The notes under the pieces are model-generated. The model was not told the origin of the DNA and ran no database searches. It saw only the letters and a list, made by a program, of their open reading frames with translations. Positions 10,301-20,200 of a DNA stretch of 56,508 nt are shown piece by piece. Source of the stretch: a virus (lineage: Duplodnaviria > Caudoviricetes). Position 1 is the first letter of the stretch, and each line of letters starts with the position of its first letter. Made by a program: the position numbers and the translations under genes. Location of the stretch: the IMG/VR virus record IMGVR_UViG_3300042402_005492, positions 1 through 56,508 of that record; one strand, written 5' to 3'.

Positions 10301-13284
10301 TTACCGCAGTAACTGAAGATACACTTACTTTTAATGTTGGTGCATCTGGTCCTAATAAATTCTTTACACCTACATCAGCTAGTTATGATGCACTAACAGG
10401 TGATATGGTTTTAACAGTTGGACAGCATGGATTGGGAATTGGAAGAGGTGTTGTTTTGGTGACGGGTTCAATCGCGTTTACTTGTGATCAAGATGGTAAT
10501 ACAACAACTCACTCATATCCAAGAAGTGGTAGTGACCCGTTTGCTGGTAAATCAATAGATATTATTGCAGTTGGGGTTACCCAACATACTGTAACAAATG
10601 CACCATATAATGCTGAAACTGGTGATGTTACTATAACAATAGTATCTCATAGCTTTAGTAATGGAGATTATATTAAACTTTCTGACAATTCCCTAACTTA
10701 TACTTGTGTATTGGATGGCAATACCGTTACTAAATCATATCCAAGACCTGGATACGATTATCCAAGCGGAAGATGGTTAGAAATATCAAATGTAACTACA
10801 AATACATTTGGTATTAATATAGGTTCTTCTTCATATGTAGACTCACACACATTTATTACCGCGAGTGTTAATGGATTGCAAAGACAAGATGGTACATTTA
10901 CAATTAATGTAGGGAATGCTGGAAGTGCTTCTGGTTCAATACACACTTTTGTATCTGCATCCGCAAACGCTGTTCAACATTTACCACAAACGCTTCATAC
11001 ATTTGTATCTGCATCAGCTGGGGCACTCAGACATTACCCACAAGCAGAACATACATTTGTAAGAACAACTCCAAACTCAGTTAGCACTTTACCAATAGTA
11101 ATTGAAAATATAAATAATACTATAAAAGTAACAAATATAACACAATTTACTTCATCTATATCAGCTTCACTGCAGGATATTGAATTTGTATCTTCATCTT
11201 TTGGTATTGTTTTAGATATAGTGAAGAACGGATCTGGTTCATATACTGCAAGTAACTACGGAGCTCCTGATGAAAATATCAGAGATGTATATAATTTACT
11301 TAAAAGTAATATTCCATTTATTCAAGCGGAAACAATTGCATACATCTCTTCATCTTGGAGTGATTTTGAATACAACGATTTAAGCTGTAGTAGGGATATT
11401 GGATTTATTGTAAGTGGAGCTGCGGAAGACCTTTTACATGGTGTAGACTCTGCATCAATTGTAAATGGTAAATACTATTTTGAGTTTCCATCATCAGCAA
11501 CTGTAAGTGGAAGTAGCTCTCCTACTTCTGCATCCCAATTATTCCCTACATTAGATGGCATTCGTTATGCGAGTAGATTGAGTGAAAAAATAATTCAAAA
11601 TATAGTATTCCAAACTGCTTCTTTGGAAGTATCCGCATCAAATGTGTTGATAGCTGAAAATAAACAATTTATTAAAGAAGAAACTATAGCATATCTTTCT
11701 TCATCTTGGAGTGATTTCTCATATAATGAAGTGACCTGTAAAAGAGATATTGGGTTCATATTAGATGCAGTAAGAACTGATTTAGTATATGGTGGAAATG
11801 AAAGAAGTGTAAATGCAGGTGAATTCTATTATCGTTTTCCATCCGCAGCAATTACTGGTGGTATTGTATCTCCAACACCTGATGCACAATTATTCCCAAC
11901 TTTAGATGGTATCCGTTATGCGGGTGATGTATCTCAAAAGTTAGTTAGTGGTAGTATATTCCAAACTGCTTCATTAGAAGTATCTGCATCGGTAGATTTG
12001 ATACGAAAAAATAGAACATTTATACGAAGAGAAGTAATTGAATATGTATCATCGTCTTGGTCACAAGTTGTATATAATGAAGAAAGTTGTAGTAGAGATA
12101 CTGGTTTCTTAATTGATGCGGCTGTAACTGATTTATTATATGGTGGTGAAGAAAGAAGTGTAAATGCAGGTGATTTTTATTATCGTTTCCCTTCAAGAGC
12201 AACGGTAGCAGGGGTTCCATCGGAGGCAGCACAATTAGACCCAACTTTAAGTGGTGTAAGATATGCAGGCGGATTGGCATCTAAAATTGTTCTTAATCAA
12301 CAATTTACATTCCCATCACAATCGGTGTTAAATGGAAGAAGTTTACTATTGGCAAACAAACAATTAGTACAGAAAGAAACCATAGCATTCTTATCTTCAT
12401 CTTGGAGTGGATTGAAATATAATGAAGTAAGTTGTAGTAGAGATTTAGGATTTATCATAGATGCCGTTTCTACGGATTTGGTGTATGGTGGTAATGAGTC
12501 TTCTATACAAGCTGGTACTTATTACTACATAAAACCATCGGTGGCAATTATTGATAGTTATGCAGATAATTTTGGACAGAGACAACAAACTGTTGATGGT
12601 ATAAACTTCGCAAAGGGAGTAAGTGAAAAAGTAGTTGCACAAACTCAATTAGTATTTCCTGGTGTTAGAAGATTGGAAGCGGCACAGAGATTAGTTGCAG
12701 CAAAGGAAGAATTGAAAAGAAGAGCATTGAGTTATACAAACGGAGCATTCCCTGCGTTGGTTTACAATGAGGCAAGTTGTAGTAGAGATACTGGATTAAT
12801 TGTGGATGCATTAGCAACTGATTTGATTTATGGTGGAAATGAAAGAGGTATTGAAGCAGCAACATCATACTTCACAGGTCAGTACGGAAGTGCTGCGGAA
12901 GTTGTTAATAACCAAAGATTGGAAACTTTAGAAACGAATAGATACCTAAGAACTAGAGCAGAATTTATAGCTGCAAATGCTCCTAAAGAAGATTTTGGTT
13001 CTCTAATTGTTGCAACTGGTATTGATTACTCTTACAATGGTAGTGGTGTGACCTTTAAGGCATTACCTCCAAATCAAGGTGGTAGTGGTATTCCAAATCC
13101 TGACTTTGAAATTACCGAATTGGGTGGTGGTAGAATATTCTTTACATCTGGTAATCAAGATGGTGACTTCCGAATTGGTACTGGATTAACTATTAATCAA
13201 GCAACTGGTACTTTGGTGGGTAGAACATTTAGTAAATCTCTATTCTCATTAGTAACTCCTTTCTCATTGGCTTTGGAAGGATAA
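4321..13284 (+). CDS. Giant virion structural protein (2987 aa): beta-helix-like N-terminus, degenerate cupredoxin domain, 12 CxRD helical repeats and a nested beta-domain array
   Basis: LYVSSTDGDDNNDG...PLRTVKRA start typical of pectate-lyase-like beta-helix proteins; repeats visible in the translation; located in the structural module. Confidence 0.75.
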   Translation: MAVLIPRKQIEEQNDISASFRIGGDLSVTGSAVIGGSFAADSEFFLGNQLTDRGEITGSVFLTGSLIIDGDFGFEDVNRILNVTASQALQSQDTFRYAGILARDFGANVPTLYVSSTDGDDNNDGRSIQFPLRTVKRAAQLASPGFDGRYGIPLGSLFSGYVIRVQAGTYVENNPVILPKNTTIWGSGLRITKINALNPEQDLFHVNSGCYIAEVTMGGLRLWPDQINPERGFAVAFQPGAFITTSPYIQNCSQISNQENSFTELYEDIPPGGGGLYVNGDVINPDSPLASMVLDAYTQISPNGVGCLVNGRGFIQLVSFFTNFSYYAIRVNNGGHATLNNSNISFGLFGMFASGSRKIDAISGGNEDARQRVRRSYSAIVDVLNKGLEDGLPSVTTVNTAEGIKVTQFTQSFSNNLATQTEVNKVSEDFRIISEIVASGPNNYPTLLAKSSDRGYDINNPYNISGGTQLTSSISASASDLLQISSSYADLLGIFADGTGSFIFKSNNKDVVKVSNLEPVSASITASIGTTLYNNISSSFDTVIKIVNGGTLPIIVPNTSASFYLGDIEPVLPSQPISSSIINVVSSSFSIIYNILDKGTGSSILDIPEDHQTDFDVNRGANNSAWVFDGVGNNPTLTLFRGTKYIFNVSGSFAKFTNPFFIRTQPTSGFIQGLDYNTGVINNGDDFGVVTFTVPFNAPNELYYVSQNSSQMVGKFNIVNSSATPFSLIENTMSYPTLVTGSVSASVVGEVTSSYNTLNSNLDFLKNETITYISSSWDGFEYNETTCKRDIGYIVDAVANDLLFGGNSGSITAGLEYYLVSSSATTSQKDATLTAIDFLSKTSQNLLRSSSFQQIQTGSSERYALWSSIIDNKPFIQAETIAYLSSSWSEFEYNQVSCSRDIGFILNAVATDLLYRGNERSVIAGDFYYRFPSVAVTDQLIQTVDGIKYASGTTLNIIEGNQFQFAETSTSASVSLLRQNRQLIQNETIEFINATFPTLDYNQVSCSRDTGFILDAITTDLLYGGNERSTTAGFFYYRFPSVAITTQRTETVAGVRYSKILTDFIVQNVLLETPRVSTNNEVGIKITNEANFTSSLFGTEVESSIVKSNFGIIGDIIRGGIEVTKRAVAKNKITDWSVTTPFNVADSVQFVTTQSLTDYREQIGDGFELVAQIVSGGLSAKPQLDKSINDLVKVNNIAQITGSFVENYVTSSLSASFGLVVKIISSGTGSIPNVIPNTAENIFVGNILPQTSSFINPSYISSVSQSYSVVTNIVSGGLAVSPAVVKNTNGNVRTKNVQIFTSSLVATNTQVNFVSASFDIVLDIVENGTGSLPTLIGYTTPSTASVVLNAYQNLKNNIPFIQAETIAYLSSSWSEFQYNEASCSRDIGHIVSGAAEDLLYNANSSSIFNGKFYYDFPSSATVSGSASPNEDAQLLPTLDGIRYASQLAQKVIVNTPFVTADESDVEVANLLVSNKEFIRNETIEYVSSSWSFFNYNDLTCKRDIGFIIDAVATDIIYGGNERVVNAGEYYYEIPSLATSTQLIQTLEAINYVSALSQKLIEGVEFITPDNDAVEASRLLLVNNELISREVVSYVSSSWSGVVYNELSCSRDIKHIINAARTDLVYGGNQRSVIAGEFYFLYPSRATVGGIPSEAAQLDPTVTGIEYGSELSQKIALSKVLTLVSSSKLDVVNVVRENKQFIKDNTIEYVNAFYPLLQYNEASCSRDVGFILDGVLTDLVYGGNQRSITSGDFYYRFPSPAITSAQKAETVDGIIYAGEIAKLVSVNELIDGVEIGRNIDNTIKVTNTSQFTSSKSGSVTEVLNVSSSFTLVTDIVESGVSSFTPTSASYNPANGQFVMTIPNHTLKVGNIIYLRDESFVFTCTMDGNRTEHALPSVGQPAYNSKLKIQSVTQNTITVNVGKSGPNVEFNPTDATYDPATGEFVVTVGEHDLSIGEGIVFVTRSFAFTCDMDNNHSTKSYPRFGIDPFSVRSIPITAVTEDTLTFNVGASGPNKFFTPTSASYDALTGDMVLTVGQHGLGIGRGVVLVTGSIAFTCDQDGNTTTHSYPRSGSDPFAGKSIDIIAVGVTQHTVTNAPYNAETGDVTITIVSHSFSNGDYIKLSDNSLTYTCVLDGNTVTKSYPRPGYDYPSGRWLEISNVTTNTFGINIGSSSYVDSHTFITASVNGLQRQDGTFTINVGNAGSASGSIHTFVSASANAVQHLPQTLHTFVSASAGALRHYPQAEHTFVRTTPNSVSTLPIVIENINNTIKVTNITQFTSSISASLQDIEFVSSSFGIVLDIVKNGSGSYTASNYGAPDENIRDVYNLLKSNIPFIQAETIAYISSSWSDFEYNDLSCSRDIGFIVSGAAEDLLHGVDSASIVNGKYYFEFPSSATVSGSSSPTSASQLFPTLDGIRYASRLSEKIIQNIVFQTASLEVSASNVLIAENKQFIKEETIAYLSSSWSDFSYNEVTCKRDIGFILDAVRTDLVYGGNERSVNAGEFYYRFPSAAITGGIVSPTPDAQLFPTLDGIRYAGDVSQKLVSGSIFQTASLEVSASVDLIRKNRTFIRREVIEYVSSSWSQVVYNEESCSRDTGFLIDAAVTDLLYGGEERSVNAGDFYYRFPSRATVAGVPSEAAQLDPTLSGVRYAGGLASKIVLNQQFTFPSQSVLNGRSLLLANKQLVQKETIAFLSSSWSGLKYNEVSCSRDLGFIIDAVSTDLVYGGNESSIQAGTYYYIKPSVAIIDSYADNFGQRQQTVDGINFAKGVSEKVVAQTQLVFPGVRRLEAAQRLVAAKEELKRRALSYTNGAFPALVYNEASCSRDTGLIVDALATDLIYGGNERGIEAATSYFTGQYGSAAEVVNNQRLETLETNRYLRTRAEFIAANAPKEDFGSLIVATGIDYSYNGSGVTFKALPPNQGGSGIPNPDFEITELGGGRIFFTSGNQDGDFRIGTGLTINQATGTLVGRTFSKSLFSLVTPFSLALEG
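6598..12875 (+). repeat. 12 dispersed copies of a ~60-aa helical core N..FI..E...Y.SSSW....YN...C[SK]RD.G.I..A...DL.YGGN..S..AG..YY
   Basis: Cys codons at about 6679, 7012, 7336, 8467, 8818, 9142, 9487, 11386, 11737, 12088, 12433 and 12778. Confidence 0.9.
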
Positions 13285-13286
13285 CG

Positions 13287-13295
13287 ATATTTATA
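13287..13295 (+). promoter_or_regulatory. Putative late promoter motif ATATTTATA
   Basis: Intergenic, before ATG 13324. Confidence 0.6.
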
Positions 13296-13323
13296 AAAGA
13301 TAACAAAATAAAATAAAAAAGAA

Positions 13324-14184
13324 ATGGCAGACGTATTTGTTCCCTTAAATAGGTTCCAGTCAGTAATATCAAATCTGACTGGTGAAGAAGATGAAGTATA
13401 TAAGACTCCTGTTGGGGTATCAACGATTATGTTATCCGCACAAATAACAAATACTGGAGTAACAAATAATCCTTTAACTGTATTGATAAACTCAAACCGA
13501 TTAATTCCTGTAGCGAATTTTGATGGAATTGAAGTTACAAGTAGTTTTGTAACTGCTTCTGCTCTATTGGACTTAAATAAACAATTTATTATTACAGAAA
13601 CATTTGCATTTATGCAATTCGAAAATAATTTATTGGAAGAGCAATTACCTATATCTGCATCATTTTATCAACCACAGATACAACGAAATATTGAAGCGAT
13701 ATCATTTGATATTACCAATAACACTACAATCCGAACAACCAAAGCAGCCCGCTCATATTATGATAAAAACGGTGTTAGTTTGGTGATAAGTGGACAATTG
13801 AGTGCATCACTCCAATCCGTAGATTACGCAAATTTATTATCCCAACAGGTCTTAAAGAATGAGCATGTAACGGGTTCCGCATCCATAACTAGGTTGTATC
13901 AAACCGCGGTAACTCAATCATACAATTTTGATTTAACTGCAGAGTCGGGATCAGTTGAATTAGTAGAAGATTTATATAATGTAATTAGAAATAATATAAA
14001 TAATCCTATAACAGAACCTCAACCAATTATAGATTTAATAAAAAATGTAGAAATACCTAGACAGGACTCATTATCGCCTGTTGTAGCTGGTAAATTAGTA
14101 TTGGAAGAGGGGTATGGTTTGATTTTTTCTGGATCAACAGAACTGACTGTCATTCTTTCACTTTTAGAAAGTGCTAACGAATAA
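13324..14184 (+). CDS. Virion structural protein with one Cys-less copy of the helical repeat inserted in a small beta domain
   Basis: 286 aa. The termini (VYKTPVGVSTIMLSAQITN ... LIKNVEIP ... KLVLEEG ... VILSLLE) resemble the 110-aa ORF at 25266; the middle (LNKQFIITET...AISFDI...AARSYY) resembles the 2987-aa repeat. Confidence 0.6.
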   Translation: MADVFVPLNRFQSVISNLTGEEDEVYKTPVGVSTIMLSAQITNTGVTNNPLTVLINSNRLIPVANFDGIEVTSSFVTASALLDLNKQFIITETFAFMQFENNLLEEQLPISASFYQPQIQRNIEAISFDITNNTTIRTTKAARSYYDKNGVSLVISGQLSASLQSVDYANLLSQQVLKNEHVTGSASITRLYQTAVTQSYNFDLTAESGSVELVEDLYNVIRNNINNPITEPQPIIDLIKNVEIPRQDSLSPVVAGKLVLEEGYGLIFSGSTELTVILSLLESANE

Positions 14185-14208
14185 AAATAACTATATTATA
14201 GTTTTTTT

Positions 14209-14217
14209 ATATTTATA
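14209..14217 (+). promoter_or_regulatory. Putative late promoter motif ATATTTATA
   Basis: Intergenic, 19 nt before ATG 14237; preceded by a short AACTATA-T-TATAGTT inverted repeat. Confidence 0.6.
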
Positions 14218-14236
14218 GGAAACCTTTTATATACGA

Positions 14237-17200
14237 ATGGCCAAAAGTAATTTATTAAGCGGAAGGGTAAGAGTTGTCAACCCCAAAGATGTTTCTAATG
14301 ATAGATACCAATTTTTAGACTTATCTCAGGCAGAACCTAATTTAGGAGTTCCTGATTTTAGTGCATCGCTTAGTGGAAGTCCTGCTATTGTAGTATCGGA
14401 TAGTGATGGTAATAGAGGGTTTGTACGAAGTTTAGATTTAGATAGAGTAACAGGTCAATTTACAGGATCTTTTACTGGTTCATTTACTGGAGATGGTAGT
14501 GAGTTAATCAACCTACCTGCAGCAACCTTTATAGCGAGTGGAAGTTCTACTGCATCGTTTGTAGAGGGTGATTTAGTTGTAAACACCAATACCACAATTT
14601 TAGGTAATTTAATTGTATCTCAATCTATAATTGCAGATCAACTTATAGTAAACCTAATTTCCTCATCAGTAATATACTCTTCTGGAAGTAACATTTTTGG
14701 TAATGAGGTTACTGATATACAACAATTCACAGGTTCGGTACAGATACAAACAGAACTTATTGCAAATTCAATAACTGCATCTTCTGCAACTGGTTCATTT
14801 ACTGGTTCATTTAGAGGTGATGGTAGTGGTTTATTTAATGTACCTGCAGAGGTAGCACCTTTGATTGCGAGTGGTAGTGTGACAGCATCTGTAAGTGATA
14901 CTTTAGGATTTGTAGTATCATCGAGTGTTAGTGGATCACTATTTTTCGGTGATGTAAGATTAGCAAGTGGTAGTGTATTCAGTGGAAGTGGTAGAGACCT
15001 TTTTAATATACCAAGATCTGCATTAACCGAAGATGCGCAGATTTCATCCTTAATTGCAAGTGGAAGTGTAACTGCTTCTGTAAGTGATAATTTTGGATTT
15101 GTGGTATCATCAAGTGCTAGTGGATCATTATTCTTTGGTGATGTAAGATTGGCTAGTGGGAGTGTGTTTAGTGGTAGTGGTAGAGACCTTTTTAACATAC
15201 CTCGTTCCGCTCTAACCGAAGATGCTCAGATATCTGCTCTCATAGCAAGTGGTAGTGTAACTGCATCTGTATCACCGGATAGAGGATTTGTGGTGGAAAG
15301 TGTTGACAATGGTTCTACCTTTAGTGGTAGTATATTTCTTTCTTCTGGAAGTTTCTTTAGTGGTAGTGGAGCTGGGTTATTTGATATCCCACAATCCGCA
15401 CTGTCACAAGAAGTATTCCGTATTGCAAGTGGAAGTATAACCGCTTCTGTTTCTCCAGATAGAGGATTTGTAGTAGAAAGTGAAGAAAGTGGCTCTACCT
15501 TTAGTGGGAGTATATTCCTTTCATCTGGTTCATTCTATTCTGGTAGTGGAGCAGGTTTATTTGATATTCCACAATCAGCGCTATCTCAGGAAGTATTTAG
15601 AATAGCAAGTGGGAGTATAACTGCATCCGTATCTCCTGATAGAGGATTTGTGGTAGAGAGTGTGGATATTGGTTCACATTTTACAGGTTCTGTAAATGTA
15701 TTCGGATCTGTAAGATCAACTGCTGGATTTTTTAGTGGTAGTGGTGCACAATTATTTGATATTCCACTATCCGCACTTGCTGAAGAAGTTACAGCAGCAA
15801 CTAAAATACAAAGTGGTAGTGTAACTGCTTCTGTATCTCCGGTTGATGGGTTTGTAGTAATTTCTCCTAATAGTGGATCATTATTCTTTGGAGATGTTAA
15901 ATTAGTAAGTGGTAGTGTATTTAGTGGTAGTGGAGCAGGTTTATTTGATATTCCAAAATCTGCTTTAGCTGATGATGTATTTATTTCTAATTTAATTGCA
16001 AGTGGAAGTATAACCGCTTCTGTTTCTCCAGATAGAGGATTTGTAGTAGAAAGTGAAGAAAGTGGTTCAACATTTAGTGGAAGTGTATTTCTTTCATCTG
16101 GAAGTTTCTTTAGCGGCAGTGGTGCTGGGTTATTTGATATCCCACAATCTGCATTATCTCAAGAAATATTCCGTATTACAAGTGGCAGTGTAACAGCATC
16201 TGTATCTCCAGAAAGAGGATTTGTGGTAGAGAGTGAAGAAAGTGGTTCAACATTTAGTGGTAGTATATTCTTATCATCTGGAAGTTTTATATCCGGTTCT
16301 GGTATAGGTTTATTTGATATTCCATTTTCTGCACTTTCGCAAGAATTGTTTAGAATTTCAAGTGGAAGTGTAACTGCTTCAGCATTACCTGATAGGGGAT
16401 TTGTGGTAGAGAGTGTGGATAGTGGTTCTACATTTAGTGGAAGCATATTCTTATCATCTGGTTCATTCTACTCCGGCAGTGGTGCGGGATTATTTGATAT
16501 CCCACAATCAGCATTGGCGTTTGAGATTAATCAAATAGCTAGTGGTAGTGTAACTGCATCCGTATCTCCTGTTGATGGATTTGTTGTAACATCGTTTGAT
16601 AGTGGTTCAAGCTTTTTTGGAGATGTAAAACTACAAACTGGTTCATTTAGTGGTAGTGGTGCTAATTTATTCGATATTCCTAGATCTGCATTATCGGAAG
16701 AAGTATTCCGTATTGCGAGTGGAAGTATAACTGCATCCGTATCTCCTGACAAAGGATTTTTGGTAGAGAGTGAAGAAAGTGGTTCTACCTTTAGTGGAAG
16801 TATATTTTTAAGTAGTGGTAGTTTTTATTCTGGCAGTGGAGCTGGTTTATTTGATATCCCACAATCCGCAATTACTGAAGATGCAATACGAATAGCAACA
16901 GGTTCTGTAACTGCATCGGTTGATGTTAATACTGGATTTGTAGTACAATCTCCAGATTTTGGTTCAACTATAAGTGGTAGTTTGGTAATAGATACAACAC
17001 ATACTAATTTCACACCAGATGTTACTACATTTGAGGTTAGTAATAATGGGTTCTCTGCGTATGTAATAAATGGGGAAGAAAATCCTACATTAACTCTTAC
17101 TGAAGGTGAAACATATACCTTTAACATAAACGCAAGTGGACATCCGTTTTGGATTAAGACTGTAAACTCAACTGGCACTGGAAACGCATATAATGATGGT

Positions 17201-20200
17201 GTAACTAATAATGGTACTGATAATGGAACTATAACATTTGTAGTTGCAATAGGAGCGCCTACTACACTTTACTACAATTGTCAGTTTCATTCATCTATGT
17301 TTGGAACAATTAACATAGTTGAAGCGAGTGAAGAGGCACCTGTTAATACTGGAGTAAAAATTATTGGAGATACTGAAATAGATGGTGATATAACAATTAC
17401 AGGATCACTTATTATATCGTCATCCAATACATTTAGAAACATTGGACCTGCACAATTTACTGGAAGTTTATTTATAACTGGTGGAAATGTAATAGTGGCA
17501 TCTGGAAGTTTCTTTAGTGGTAGTGGTGAGGGATTATTTGATATTCCAAGAGCTGCATTAGCGGATGATGCGTTAATTTCCAATATAATGTCAAGTGGAA
17601 GTGTAACTGCTTCAGTAAGTGATGAATTTGGATTTGTAGTCACCTCCGTGTTAAGTGGTTCGATATTTAGTGGTAGTGTATTCCTTTCATCTGGAAGTTT
17701 CTTTAGTGGTAGTGGTGAGAAATTAATCAATATACCTAGATCAGCTTTAACCGAAGATGCACTTATTTCAACAGAAATTAAATCTGGTTCAGTAACAGCA
17801 TCTGTATCTCCTGATTTTGGGTTTGTAGTTATATCCGCTGATAGTGGGTCTGAGTTTACAGGATCTGTAGATGTAAGTGGAAGTGTAACTGCGCAATTTT
17901 TCATAGGTGATGGTTCTCAATTAACAAATGTACAAGCAGCTGCAGCTCCTTTAATTGCAAGTGGTAGTGCAACTGCATCGGTAGCGAGTGGTGATACATT
18001 TGTAGTAACATCACCAGTGAGTGGTTCTCAATTTACAGGATCAATAAATGTAACAGGATCGATATCAGCATCTTTATTTCAAGGAGATGGTAGTGGATTA
18101 TTTAATCTAGACTTCTCAGAAATAACAATTGCTTCTCAATTGATAGCATCTGGTTCGGTAACTGCATCTACATCGCCTGACAGAGGATTTGTAGTTTTAT
18201 CCGCTGATAGTGGTTCGGAATTTACTGGATCAATTAATGTTAGTGGTAGTGTTACTGCATTTTCATTTATAGGTGATGGTTCTCAATTAACAAATGTTCA
18301 AGCAGCAGCTGCACCTTTGATTGCAAGTGGTAGTGCAACCGCATCCGTAGCAAGTGGTGATACATTTGTAGTAACATCACCAGTGAGTGGTTCTCAATTT
18401 ACGGGTTCAATAAGTGTATCTGGTTCAATAAATGTATCTGGTTCTGTAACAATTGTAGATGGTGTATATACCGGTGATGGTAGTGGACTGTTTAACATTC
18501 CACCTGAGGCGATTGAGAATTTGGAGTTAGATAGAATTTTGTCTGGTTCTGCATTAGCATTAATAACTACATCTTCATTTAATGTAAATGTGCCAATTAG
18601 TGGAGCTAGGTTTGATGGAGATGGTAGCGGATTATTTAATATCCCACCTGATGCTCTTGAAAATCTAGAATTAGATAGAATTGTAACTGGATCTGCACTC
18701 GCAGTTATTTCGGAGCCACGAGGATTGGAGGTAAATGTACCAACAACTATAACCGGTTCTTTAACTGTAAGTGGTGGATTATTTTTGACTGGAAGTAATT
18801 TAGTAGTTGGTAGTGGTAGTATAATAATTGGTGATGGTAGTGGTTTGACAAACATTACAATCGCTAACTTATCATTTGAGACCGAATTACTAAACTCTGG
18901 TTCAGCTGAAGCAAGAATTTCACCTAACTTAGGTTTGGTGACGAATGTTGGAGTTAATGTGGGTGGTGATTTAGTAGTAAGTGAAAGTATAACCGCACCA
19001 CAAATTATATCACCAAACTTCACAGGTTCTTTGAGTGGAACATATCGTTTTGATGGTGAAGGACCTACTGCATCCGCAGACTATAATTTATTACGATACG
19101 ATGAAAATAGAAATTATTACATTCCTCAACCAGAATTTTCTTTAACAGAAACTGTACCTTTTGAGAATGTATCGGATTTAACAATAACTCACAACTTGGG
19201 TATACGATATCCAGTTGTGCAGATATATGAAACAGGTTCTTTAGGAACTGAAGAGCAGATTATACCTTTAGCAGTTATACCATTAAATGAAAATAGTGTA
19301 AGAATTACATTTAGTGGATTGACAAGTGGACACGCCGTAATTGGTAGTGGGGGTTCTTTAATAAGTGGTACAATTCAAGGCGATAGAGTAATTGGGACTG
19401 TATTATCAGCATCTTACGCAATTAATGCGGGAACTGCTGAAAATGTTGCAGGATTTGACTCAGCATCACTATCGAATTTATCAGCATCTATTGCAGAATT
19501 GAATTTAGATGGATATGTGACAACAAACCAAACTTCTTCAATGAGTGTATTTGGAGCAGTAAGTGCTTCTTACGCATTAACTGCATCTTTTGCATTGAAC
19601 GCCGGTGGAACTGAATTATACATATTACATACGGGTTCAATAGTACAAACTGAAACTGCAAAAATAAACTTTAGTGGTAGTGGTGTAGATGTAATCGCAT
19701 CTGGTTCCGATGGAGTATTAGTAATCATAAATGGTGGCGGGGGAGAAGGTGGTACTTCGGATACCGCATCCTATATTGAGTCTATAAATGTAGATGGACC
19801 TTTGGGAATGGATAGTGTAGGATTTGCACTTACCGCATCTTTTGCATTAAACGCAGCGGGAGTTGATACTGCATCTTTCCTAAATGTAAATACAGATACC
19901 ACAATAAACGCATCATTAGTAATTAGTGGGAGTTTAGGAGTAAGTGGAAGTGTTTACTTTGGAGATATAGATACCGGTTCATTATCTCAAACTGTATTGG
20001 TTTGGGACGCTGCAACAAACAGAGTTGAAGCAAGAGATTTGGCTGAAGCTAGTGGTACTAGTGGAACTGCTGGAACAAGTGGAACTTCTGGAACAAGTGG
20101 TAGAGAAGGTGGTGGATTATTTGTTGTAATAAACGAAGGATTTAATTATGGAATAGAAGGGTATGCAGATACCACATTTCCAACCTTAACAGTAGTAAGA

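Noticed and set aside
14638-19023. Several 70-210 aa minus-strand ORFs inside the 3108-aa gene
   Set aside because: Antisense mirrors of the repetitive plus-strand gene.
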